This document shows positions 53,514 through 61,716 of a stretch of DNA of 64,000 nt, one piece after another. Source of the stretch: an uncultured Saprospiraceae bacterium (GTDB lineage: Bacteria > Bacteroidota > Bacteroidia > Chitinophagales > Saprospiraceae); contig CALGAW010000010.1 of assembly GCA_937959115.1 (NCBI GenBank), forward strand, positions 63,357-127,356, given 5' to 3'. A model generated the notes under the pieces. The model was not told the origin of the DNA, did not search any database, and saw only the letters and a list, made by a program, of their open reading frames with translations. The position numbers and the translations under genes are program-made. Numbering within the stretch: position 1 is the stretch's first letter; each line of letters starts with the position of its first letter.

Positions 53514-54731
53514 ATGCCTAAACCACACCGTAGACCAAAGCGCCCCGATAGTTTCATAGCAAAAACACTCTTTGGACTAGAAGAGCTGTTAGCTGAAGAA
53601 TTACGAGCGATCGGCGCGCTAAATGTAACTGTCATCCGAAGAGCTGTAGCCTTTGATGGGGATGATGAGATTATGTACAAGGCCAATCTGTATTGTAGAA
53701 CGGCCCTTCGAATCTTAAAAATAGTATTCCGATTTCGAGCAGAGAATGAAAAGGAATTGTATGAAGGAATGTTATCGATTTACTGGGATAAATACATGCT
53801 TCTAGAAGATACATTTGCGATCGACGCCGTAACGTCTTCTGAAGTGTTTCGACATTCGAAGTATGCAGCACTCAAAACAAAGGATGCAATTGCAGATCAG
53901 TTTAAAAGACGCAAAGGCCGTAGGCCATCGGTGGATACGAAATACCCGAATGTCCGGATAAACGTTCATATTTTTGACACCAGAGTTACTGTCACCCTAG
54001 ATAGCTCAGGTTCTTCTTTACATATGCGAAATTACCGTCAATCGCAACCGCCCGCACCAATCAACGAGGTATTGGCAGCAGGACTACTTAAGCTAGCAGG
54101 TTGGAATGGTGACACCGATTTTGTGGATCCCATGTGTGGGAGTGGTACGTTCTTGGCTGAAGCAGCAATGGTTGCTCAAAACATAGCACCAGGCGCTCTG
54201 CGCAGACATTTTGGATTTGAAAGCTGGAAAGAGTTTGACCGTCCTCTCTGGGAACGAATTAAGAAAGAAGAGCGGGCTGGACGCAAGGAAGCCACCTGTA
54301 AGATATTTGGATACGACCAGTCTCACATGGCCATCCGACATTCCAAGGATAATTTGTTTGGTAAAGAGTTCTCAATGATCCGACTAAAGAAATGCGCATT
54401 TGAAGATCTAGAATCCCCTTTTCCAGAAGGAGGCACGATGATGTTTAACCCACCTTACGGAGAACGTATGGACATGGAGGAGACATTCTATACCATGATC
54501 GGCGATACTTTAAAACAAAAGTTTACAGGGTATGATGTTTGGATGATTTCTTCTAATCTTGAAGCGCTTAAAAAGGTAGGCCTGAAGGCCACAAATCGAC
54601 ACTCACTATACAATGGGCCATTAGAGTGTAAATTCTTGTGCTATCAGATGTATAAAGGGTCGAGAAGAGAACAACCAATTGACCGCGAAAGTAAAAACGA
54701 TGCTGAGAGTGAAACTGAAACAACTGATTAA
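53514..54731 (+). CDS. THUMP-domain class I SAM-dependent RNA methyltransferase (RlmL/RlmKL-like m2G methyltransferase family)
   Basis: N-terminal THUMP region ('FIAKTLFGLEELLAEEL') and MTase motifs 'DPMCGSGTFLAEA' and 'MMFNPPYGERM'. Confidence 0.75.
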   Translation: MPKPHRRPKRPDSFIAKTLFGLEELLAEELRAIGALNVTVIRRAVAFDGDDEIMYKANLYCRTALRILKIVFRFRAENEKELYEGMLSIYWDKYMLLEDTFAIDAVTSSEVFRHSKYAALKTKDAIADQFKRRKGRRPSVDTKYPNVRINVHIFDTRVTVTLDSSGSSLHMRNYRQSQPPAPINEVLAAGLLKLAGWNGDTDFVDPMCGSGTFLAEAAMVAQNIAPGALRRHFGFESWKEFDRPLWERIKKEERAGRKEATCKIFGYDQSHMAIRHSKDNLFGKEFSMIRLKKCAFEDLESPFPEGGTMMFNPPYGERMDMEETFYTMIGDTLKQKFTGYDVWMISSNLEALKKVGLKATNRHSLYNGPLECKFLCYQMYKGSRREQPIDRESKNDAESETETTD

Positions 54732-54738
54732 TTGAGTT

Positions 54739-55137
54739 TTGTTTAAGAAAGCGAGTTCTAAAAAATTGAAAGTGATGGCAAGAAGCTATATTCAATTACG
54801 AAATTTACGATTGCTTTTCGGAGTCTTATCTCTTTGCGGCTGTTTAGAGATCAGTGCTCAAAAACTTTCCACAGACCTATTACAACAGTACATAAACCAG
54901 GTGATAACGCAACCGCTGATATCAACCTTTGAGCCAGTCGATGTTTTGATCTTGACAACTAGAAGTAATAAGTCAATGCTAAAAGTGGCCGAAGTTCCTA
55001 AAGTTTTCTGCTACGAATCTCTTGGATTTTTCTGCAAACTGGAGCATAATACAATGAAGCGCGGAAACTTCCCGTTACGGTTTAGGCTCGGTGAGTATTG
55101 GAGTACTGTGAATGCAGAATATGGAAGACTCTATTAA
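54739..55137 (+). CDS. Hypothetical secreted protein (132 aa)
   Basis: A signal-peptide-like N-terminus ('LLFGVLSLCGCLEISAQ'). I recognise no family. Confidence 0.4.
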   Translation: MFKKASSKKLKVMARSYIQLRNLRLLFGVLSLCGCLEISAQKLSTDLLQQYINQVITQPLISTFEPVDVLILTTRSNKSMLKVAEVPKVFCYESLGFFCKLEHNTMKRGNFPLRFRLGEYWSTVNAEYGRLY

Positions 55138-55160
55138 AATTACGAGATGTCTAAAAATGA

Positions 55161-55200
55161 AAAAGCCGAACTATGAGTAGAATCAAGTTCGGCTTTTTCT
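55161..55200. terminator. Bidirectional rho-independent terminator (AAAAAGCCGAAC…GTTCGGCTTTTT)
   Basis: A perfect stem is flanked by an A-run and a T-run between convergent genes. Confidence 0.55.
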
Positions 55201-55214
55201 TCCTATATAATCTA

Positions 55215-55577
55215 TTAATTAATATCTAACTGCTGATGAACAGTGTGTTTGTATGTATGAATTTGAAAAGAATAACTTCCTTTCTCAAGGTTGTTTAAAT
55301 CAAACTCATAAATAGAATCTTCAGGTAAGTCTAATAAATTTTCTGAAAAAACCACTTCCCTTTGATCATTCAATACTTTAAAATTGGTTGGAAGATGTTC
55401 AAGGTTTTCAAAATCAATAAATAAACTCTTTGAATTGTTGAAGATTCCAGAGTGCTCCGACACATCTGATTCTTCAACGGAAATATCCATTCCATTGAGT
55501 TCACTTACTTCTTGAGCCAACATTGTATTACAGCTTAAAAAAACCAAGGTAAAGAATGCAATAAGGTATGTTCTCAT
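55215..55577 (-). CDS. Hypothetical small secreted protein
   Basis: A signal peptide is present ('MRTYLIAFFTLVFLSCNTMLAQ'). The track ORF probably extends too far at the N-terminus. Confidence 0.45.
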   Translation of the reverse strand: MRTYLIAFFTLVFLSCNTMLAQEVSELNGMDISVEESDVSEHSGIFNNSKSLFIDFENLEHLPTNFKVLNDQREVVFSENLLDLPEDSIYEFDLNNLEKGSYSFQIHTYKHTVHQQLDIN

Positions 55578-55890
55578 GATCAAGTTTGTAGATCGTTTGT
55601 TAGTTGATAACACTAAATTACGGAAATCAAATTGCTCAAGCAAGGATTTTACTTGGACCATCGACTGAGCTATTCAAAAATAGCCAAATTATATTCTGAA
55701 TTTCAAAAAACGAATTTCTTAAGTAGATATAAACCAATCAGTTACCTCAATTTTAACCCCATCTACTTCTTCGAGTTAAAGATATGTTAACAAAATTAAA
55801 TGAAGTGTTAAGCTAATATGTTATTAAAATTATTTACTACTTTCTACTTTAGAGTAGAATAAACATTTAATTTATTTAAAACAGTAATCA

Positions 55891-56841
55891 ATGACAGATG
55901 GGACATTAAAAATTGGAATGGCACAAATTTCTCCAATTTGGTTGAATAAAGAATTAACTGTGGCAAAAATCACTTCTTATATGTCAGATGCAAAAGACAA
56001 AGGATGTGAGTTATTGGTTTTTGGTGAAGGACTATTGCCAGGCTATCCATTTTGGCTGTCTTTGACGGACGGAGCTTCTTTCAACTCAGCCGTCCAGAAA
56101 GAAATTCACGCTCATTATATTCAGAATTCAATTCAAATCGAGGCTGGTGATTTAGATGCGATAACAACTCTGGCAGCTTCCTATGGCATTGCTGTTTACC
56201 TAGGAATCATAGAACGTGCTCAAAACAGAGGTGGGCACAGCCTTTACTGTTCATTGGTTTACATCAATGCCTTCGGGCAAGTCAAATCCGTCCACAGAAA
56301 ACTGCAACCGACTTATGAGGAGCGACTCACTTGGGCGCCAGGAGATGGCAATGGCCTTCAAGTACACCCGCTTAAAAAATTTAAAGTTGGCGGTTTAAAC
56401 TGTTGGGAAAACTGGATGCCTTTGAGCCGAACAGCGTTGTACGGCTTAGGAGAAAACCTTCATATCGCGGTTTGGCCTGGATCTGAATACAACACACATG
56501 ACATTACTAAGTTTATCGCCAAAGAAGGCCGATCTTTCGTGGTTTCAGTTAGTGGCTATATGCAGGTTGATGATTTTCCAAAACAAACCCCACATTATGA
56601 CAAAATAATAGAAAATGCATCCCAAATTCTTGCTAATGGAGGCTCTTGTATTGCAGGACCTGATGGCGAATGGGTAGTGCCTCCAATCATTGGCAAAGAA
56701 GGATTGTTTACTGGAGTCATAGATTACAATAAAGTACTTGAAGAACGACAAAACTTTGACCCAACAGGTCATTACTCTAGACCTGACGTGACTAAGTTAT
56801 CTGTGAACAGGGAACGACAATCTGTTGTGCATTATTTTTAA
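55891..56841 (+). CDS. Nitrilase / carbon-nitrogen hydrolase family protein
   Basis: The catalytic Cys lies in 'GGLNCWENWMP', and 'ELLVFGE' supplies the Glu. The length is 316 aa. Confidence 0.8.
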   Translation: MTDGTLKIGMAQISPIWLNKELTVAKITSYMSDAKDKGCELLVFGEGLLPGYPFWLSLTDGASFNSAVQKEIHAHYIQNSIQIEAGDLDAITTLAASYGIAVYLGIIERAQNRGGHSLYCSLVYINAFGQVKSVHRKLQPTYEERLTWAPGDGNGLQVHPLKKFKVGGLNCWENWMPLSRTALYGLGENLHIAVWPGSEYNTHDITKFIAKEGRSFVVSVSGYMQVDDFPKQTPHYDKIIENASQILANGGSCIAGPDGEWVVPPIIGKEGLFTGVIDYNKVLEERQNFDPTGHYSRPDVTKLSVNRERQSVVHYF

Positions 56842-56907
56842 GTCTGGAGACTGGAGAAAAAGGAAGGAAGAATAGGTGATTGGTTAGACCTTTCACTTCT
56901 TGGAGAA

Positions 56908-57001
56908 GTAACAGGTCTTTGGGGGACGAGTCTTTGGGGGATGGACAGTTAGAGCCTCACTAAATTCGAGCAATAAGGAACGGGCTGACCTGTTACTTTT
57001 T
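56908..57001 (+). terminator. Long structured 3' region after the nitrilase gene (GTAACAGGTC … GACCTGTTAC followed by TTTTT)
   Basis: A 10-bp inverted repeat encloses ~70 nt that contain the direct repeat TCTTTGGGGGA twice. The loop is atypically long for a simple terminator. Confidence 0.3.
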
Positions 57002-57065
57002 AAAAAAGTGATAGGTCTTTTGAGACCGAAATAATATAGCGCGTGATCTTCGGTCTTTCCGCTTC

Positions 57066-57100
57066 ATAAAAAAGACCATCACAAATGAATGGATGGTCTC
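57066..57100 (-). terminator. Rho-independent terminator for the M48 peptidase gene (GACCATC…GATGGTC followed by T7 on the minus strand)
   Basis: The inverted repeat at 57074-57098 is preceded on the plus strand by AAAAAA. Confidence 0.5.
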
Positions 57101-57130
57101 ATTACTAGTAGTTTATGGGAAAACTCCTAA

Positions 57131-58621
57131 TTATCTCTTTTCCAGGACTTTAATCAATGTTCCTTGTTTTATAGTTTGCGTAAGTTCCATACTATTAAGG
57201 ATCGCAATTTCTTCTAGTCGTTTAGTTTCAACACCATTTTGCTTTAAAATGTTGGAAAGTGTTGTATTACTTTGAGCAGAAACTACATTAACCCGTTCTG
57301 GCTTAACATTTAACTTTGTTGGGTCAGTCAATTTTCCAAACTTATCAAGTGTATTACTGAATAATCCTTGGTAAGCTGTCCACTGATCCTGTGAAGTTAC
57401 ACCCAAATATATGTAAATCTTCCCACCATGTTCAATAAAGTAGGACATAATCCTAATTGGTTCTTGCTGTTGTTGTTGAGTTTGCTGTTGAGTTTGTTGC
57501 TGTGGTACTTGTTCAGCAACGATTCCAATTGCATTTAGCCCATCTAATTTAGGTGTTGGTTGGCTAACAATTTTTAACTGATAATTTTTAACAAAATTGT
57601 CTCTTGCAGCTTGAACGGTAGTTTCCTTAGCCATTGTGAGCATCATCATGGCCTTTCCATCTTTAGGGCCCATCTGAAATTGAGTCGGACTATTGACATG
57701 CTGCCAACCTGAAGGAACATTCATTTTAAACTTTAAAGTGGGGTGATAAAACACATTACTTTCAACGTAGCCTTGCCTTGGATCTTCGCCGTACACAATT
57801 CCATCAATCAATCGGAGGTACTCATCGCGGTTCACTTTAAACTGTTGGCCTTGTGTTTGCCTTCCTTGATAAGCTTCTGCCATTGTTTTTACATTATTAT
57901 ATCGATCACCTGGATCAGGATGAGTAGACATAAAGGTTGGAATGGTTTGACCAGACTTGACACGCATTCTCTTAAGTGTTTTAAAAAAATTAGCCATATG
58001 CACTGCGTCATAGCCAATTCTTGAAGAATACTCAACGCCCAATTTGTCAGATTCAGTTTCCGCATCTCTACCAAACTTAAGGAAAAGCAATTGCATTGCA
58101 GTAGAAGCCTCTTGCGCATACTGTCTAAAGTAAGGTGAAGCAATCATACCAGCAATGAAGCCAACCTGAGCAACCATGTTCTTACTATACTGCCTAGCAG
58201 AGTGCCTAGCAGTAACGTGACCGATTTCATGTCCGAGAACACCTGCAAACTCTGCTTCATTGTTAAAGTGTGCTAGGATACCTCTAGTGAAGTAAACATA
58301 GCCACCAGGAACGGCAAAAGCATTGATAACAGGGGAATCTAATACCTTAAATTCATACTTCAAGTCTCTTCTGTGTGAGATTCTGGCCATCTGTTGACCT
58401 TTGTCATTAATAAACTTCTGAATCTTGCTATCAGGATACACTCCAAAAGATTGGAGAATTTGGGGGTCAGATTGTTTACCGAGTGCCAATTCCTGATTAA
58501 GTGACATCAACATAAATTCTTTTTTCCCAGAAACTGGATTCCTAGAACAGGAGTAAAGAATCATACTAGCTGCAATAAATAAGAGGGTGTAGATTAATTT
58601 GTTTACAACAGGCGTTTTCAT
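57131..58621 (-). CDS. M48 family zinc metallopeptidase (BepA-like) with a poly-Gln/Thr tract and a C-terminal LysM-like domain
   Basis: Active site 'GVLGHEIGHVTARHSAR'. A signal/lipoprotein N-terminus. 'QQQTQQQTQQQQQE' is low-complexity. The C-terminal 'LSNILKQNGVETKRLEEIAILNSMELTQTIKQGTLIKV' is LysM-like. Confidence 0.8.
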   Translation of the reverse strand: MKTPVVNKLIYTLLFIAASMILYSCSRNPVSGKKEFMLMSLNQELALGKQSDPQILQSFGVYPDSKIQKFINDKGQQMARISHRRDLKYEFKVLDSPVINAFAVPGGYVYFTRGILAHFNNEAEFAGVLGHEIGHVTARHSARQYSKNMVAQVGFIAGMIASPYFRQYAQEASTAMQLLFLKFGRDAETESDKLGVEYSSRIGYDAVHMANFFKTLKRMRVKSGQTIPTFMSTHPDPGDRYNNVKTMAEAYQGRQTQGQQFKVNRDEYLRLIDGIVYGEDPRQGYVESNVFYHPTLKFKMNVPSGWQHVNSPTQFQMGPKDGKAMMMLTMAKETTVQAARDNFVKNYQLKIVSQPTPKLDGLNAIGIVAEQVPQQQTQQQTQQQQQEPIRIMSYFIEHGGKIYIYLGVTSQDQWTAYQGLFSNTLDKFGKLTDPTKLNVKPERVNVVSAQSNTTLSNILKQNGVETKRLEEIAILNSMELTQTIKQGTLIKVLEKR

Positions 58622-58737
58622 AAATTATATCTGTTTAATTAAATATACTATAGTTAATTAGACGCAAATTTATCAAAATGGTTTTAAATTTTATTTGAAT
58701 TCGTTTTTATTTAATTTCCTTGATCCCTTAAAAAACT

Positions 58738-58745
58738 TATCTTTG
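58738..58745 (+). promoter_or_regulatory. -7 box TATCTTTG upstream of ffh
   Basis: Matches TAnnTTTG, 28 nt before the ATG. Confidence 0.35.
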
Positions 58746-58772
58746 GCAATTATTTAAACTAAAAAATAACCA

Positions 58773-60101
58773 ATGTTTGATAACTTGTCAGACAGGCTGG
58801 ATTCTGCTTTTAAGAATTTAAAGGGAGAAGGAAAGCTAACCGAAATCAATGTCGCCACTTCAATTAAAGAGATTAGACGTGCTCTTGTTAGTGCCGATGT
58901 GAACTATAAAATTGCAAAAGAGTTTACGGATAAAGTACGGGATGAAGCCTTAGGCTCAAAAAATGTACTTTCTTCTGTTTCTCCAGGACAGTTAATGGTA
59001 AAAATCGTTCAAGATGAGCTGATTGAGCTTATGGGCGGTCAAAGTGTAGGGATTAATATCAAAGCTAAACCTGGTATTGTCCTAGTTTCTGGACTTCAAG
59101 GCTCTGGGAAAACTACATTCTCAGCAAAATTGGCACATTTTCTCAAAACAAAGAAGCAGAAACGTCCTTTGCTTGTTGCTTGTGATGTCTACCGTCCAGC
59201 AGCTATTGACCAGCTTACTGTTTTAGCTGAGCAGATTGGAGTGGGTATCTACAGTGAAATTGAAAATAAAAGCCCTGTTTCAATTGCTCAAAATGCAATT
59301 GATCACGCAAAGAAAAATAGTTTTGATGTTGTCATTGTGGATACAGCTGGTCGATTGGCCGTTGACGAAGAAATGATGACTGAAATCGAAAACATCAAAA
59401 CTGGGATTCAACCAACAGAAACTCTTTTCGTTGTTGATTCCATGACTGGTCAGGATGCAGTCAATACAGCAAAGGCATTTAACGACCAAATCAACTTTGA
59501 TGGCGTGGTACTCACTAAACTCGATGGTGATACCAGAGGTGGAGCTGCATTATCCATTAAGTATACCGTAGGCAAACCAATTAAGTTTGTCAGTATGGGT
59601 GAAAAAATGGATACACTAGATGTCTTCTACCCAGAAAGAATGTCTCAACGGATTCTTGGTATGGGAGATATTACTTCCCTTGTTGAAAAAGCACAAGAAC
59701 AGTTTGATGAAAAAGAGGCTGAACGTTTACACAAAAAAATCAAGAAGAATAAATTCGATTTCAATGATTTCCTCAGTCAATTAAACCACATCAAAAAGAT
59801 GGGAAATATCAAGGACTTAATTGGTATGATCCCTGGAATGGGAAAGATGACCAAAAATCTTGACATTGATAATGATTCTTTTAAGAAAGTAGAAGCAATT
59901 ATTCTTTCCATGACCCCTAAAGAACGGACAAGTCCTGAACTATTAAATGGTAGTCGAAAGAAAAGAATCGCTCTAGGAAGTGGCAACACAATCATGGAAG
60001 TCAATCAGTTCATCAGACAATTCGACCAAATGAAAAAGATGATGCACACCATGTCAAAAGGTGGAGGAATGATGCCCCCAAACATGAAAGGAAGACGGTA
60101 A
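58773..60101 (+). CDS. ffh: Signal recognition particle protein Ffh
   Basis: The N-domain and GTPase G-domain ('GLQGSGKTT', 'DTAGR', 'TKLDGD') are followed by the Met-rich M-domain ('MMPPNMKGRR'). Confidence 0.95.
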   Translation: MFDNLSDRLDSAFKNLKGEGKLTEINVATSIKEIRRALVSADVNYKIAKEFTDKVRDEALGSKNVLSSVSPGQLMVKIVQDELIELMGGQSVGINIKAKPGIVLVSGLQGSGKTTFSAKLAHFLKTKKQKRPLLVACDVYRPAAIDQLTVLAEQIGVGIYSEIENKSPVSIAQNAIDHAKKNSFDVVIVDTAGRLAVDEEMMTEIENIKTGIQPTETLFVVDSMTGQDAVNTAKAFNDQINFDGVVLTKLDGDTRGGAALSIKYTVGKPIKFVSMGEKMDTLDVFYPERMSQRILGMGDITSLVEKAQEQFDEKEAERLHKKIKKNKFDFNDFLSQLNHIKKMGNIKDLIGMIPGMGKMTKNLDIDNDSFKKVEAIILSMTPKERTSPELLNGSRKKRIALGSGNTIMEVNQFIRQFDQMKKMMHTMSKGGGMMPPNMKGRR

Positions 60102-60322
60102 TTAATAAATAATTGGGAGTTTATTCCGTTAATGTTTAATTATTAATAGACTTGTTAAGGCCTACTAGCTGATGAACTGTGAATATGTTTTTTGAAAACG
60201 ACAAAGTGAAAAATTGATCGTTTATAATTGAACATTCATACAAAACAAACTGTTCATCGCGTAGAACCTCTATTAGCTACTTAGGGTTAAGTAAACATTA
60301 AATAATAATTATCAATTAAAAA

Positions 60323-60814
60323 ATGGATTCAATTCATCAATTTTCAGTTAAAAAAGCGGATGGGAGTATTGTGCCACTTAAAAGTTATGAGGGTAAAGTA
60401 TTACTCATCATTAACACAGCTTCAAAATGTGGCTTTACGCCGCAATTAGATAAGATGGAAGAATTATACAAGGAATATAAGGATAAAGGCCTTGAAATCC
60501 TTGCATTTCCATCCAATGATTTTGCCAATCAAGAACCACTAGAAGGCAAAGCACTTGAAGAATTTTGTGTATTGAAATACAATGCCAATTATCCTATTTT
60601 TGATAAAATCCACGTAAAAGGAGCTAAAGCACATGAGCTGTTTCAATTTTTATCCGATAAAAAGAAAAATGGGAACGTATCCTCTATCCCAAAATGGAAT
60701 TTCCATAAGTATTTGGTAAACAAGAAAGGTGAAGTGGTTGACTACTATTATTCGATCACGAGTCCAACTGCAAAAAAAGTTAAAAAGTCAATTGAACAGC
60801 TGTTAACCGAATAA
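60323..60814 (+). CDS. Glutathione peroxidase
   Basis: 'LIINTASKCGFTPQ' and 'FPSNDFANQEP' are GPx signature motifs. Confidence 0.9.
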   Translation: MDSIHQFSVKKADGSIVPLKSYEGKVLLIINTASKCGFTPQLDKMEELYKEYKDKGLEILAFPSNDFANQEPLEGKALEEFCVLKYNANYPIFDKIHVKGAKAHELFQFLSDKKKNGNVSSIPKWNFHKYLVNKKGEVVDYYYSITSPTAKKVKKSIEQLLTE

Positions 60815-60820
60815 ATCACA

Positions 60821-61546
60821 ATGAAAAATACGAAGCTAGACATATTAGCCATTGGCGTACATCCAGATGATATCGAATTAGCTTGCGCGGGAACACTACT
60901 AAAGAGTATTGCTGCTGGTAAAAAGGTGGGATTGCTAGATCTAACACGTGGAGAACTAGGAAGTAGAGGCTCTGCCGAAATAAGAGATGAGGAAGCTTCG
61001 AATTCAGCTAAGATCATGGGTGCAACAGTAAGGGAAAACTGTAAAATGAAAGATGGCTTTTTTCAGCACACAGAAGCCAACCTTCTAAAAATAATTGAGG
61101 TCATCAGAGCTTACCAACCAGATATTGTGCTAGCGAATGCAATTCGTGACCGACATCCCGATCACGGTAGAGCGGCAAAATTGATTGCTGATGCCTGTTT
61201 CTTATCAGGTTTGCTCCGAATTGAAACAACAAGAAATGATGAGATTCAAGAAAAATGGAGACCTAGGGTCGTTTATCATTATATTCAAGATTATCACATA
61301 AAGCCTGATTTTGTCGTAGATGTATCAGATTTTATGGAAAAAAAGTTGGAACTCATTCTTACATTTAAATCTCAATTCTTTAATCCTCAATCAAAGGAAC
61401 CAGAGACACCGATCTCAAGTAAAGCGTTTATTGATTTTTTATATGCCCGTGCCCAAGACTTCGGCAGACCTGCAGGAATAAAGTATGCTGAAGGGTATAC
61501 GGTGACACGAACACCTTCTATAGATCAAATATTTAATTTAGGATAA
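60821..61546 (+). CDS. bshB1: Bacillithiol biosynthesis deacetylase BshB1 (LmbE/PIG-L family)
   Basis: 'LDILAIGVHPDDIELACAGTLLK' and 'HPDH' are metal-binding motifs of the family. The length is 241 aa. Confidence 0.75.
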   Translation: MKNTKLDILAIGVHPDDIELACAGTLLKSIAAGKKVGLLDLTRGELGSRGSAEIRDEEASNSAKIMGATVRENCKMKDGFFQHTEANLLKIIEVIRAYQPDIVLANAIRDRHPDHGRAAKLIADACFLSGLLRIETTRNDEIQEKWRPRVVYHYIQDYHIKPDFVVDVSDFMEKKLELILTFKSQFFNPQSKEPETPISSKAFIDFLYARAQDFGRPAGIKYAEGYTVTRTPSIDQIFNLG

Positions 61547-61716
61547 GCAACTTTTATCGAATGGTTTTCGTAGTTAAAGTGGAAGATTCGTCTAAAAATG
61601 AATATAAATTGTCTTTAAATCATCTAATTATCGGGGATCAATTGTGTTTTAGAAAAATTCGTTGTTAATTTTTTTTACATTTGCAATCCGTTTGAATTAA
61701 TTGAACTATACTAGGT

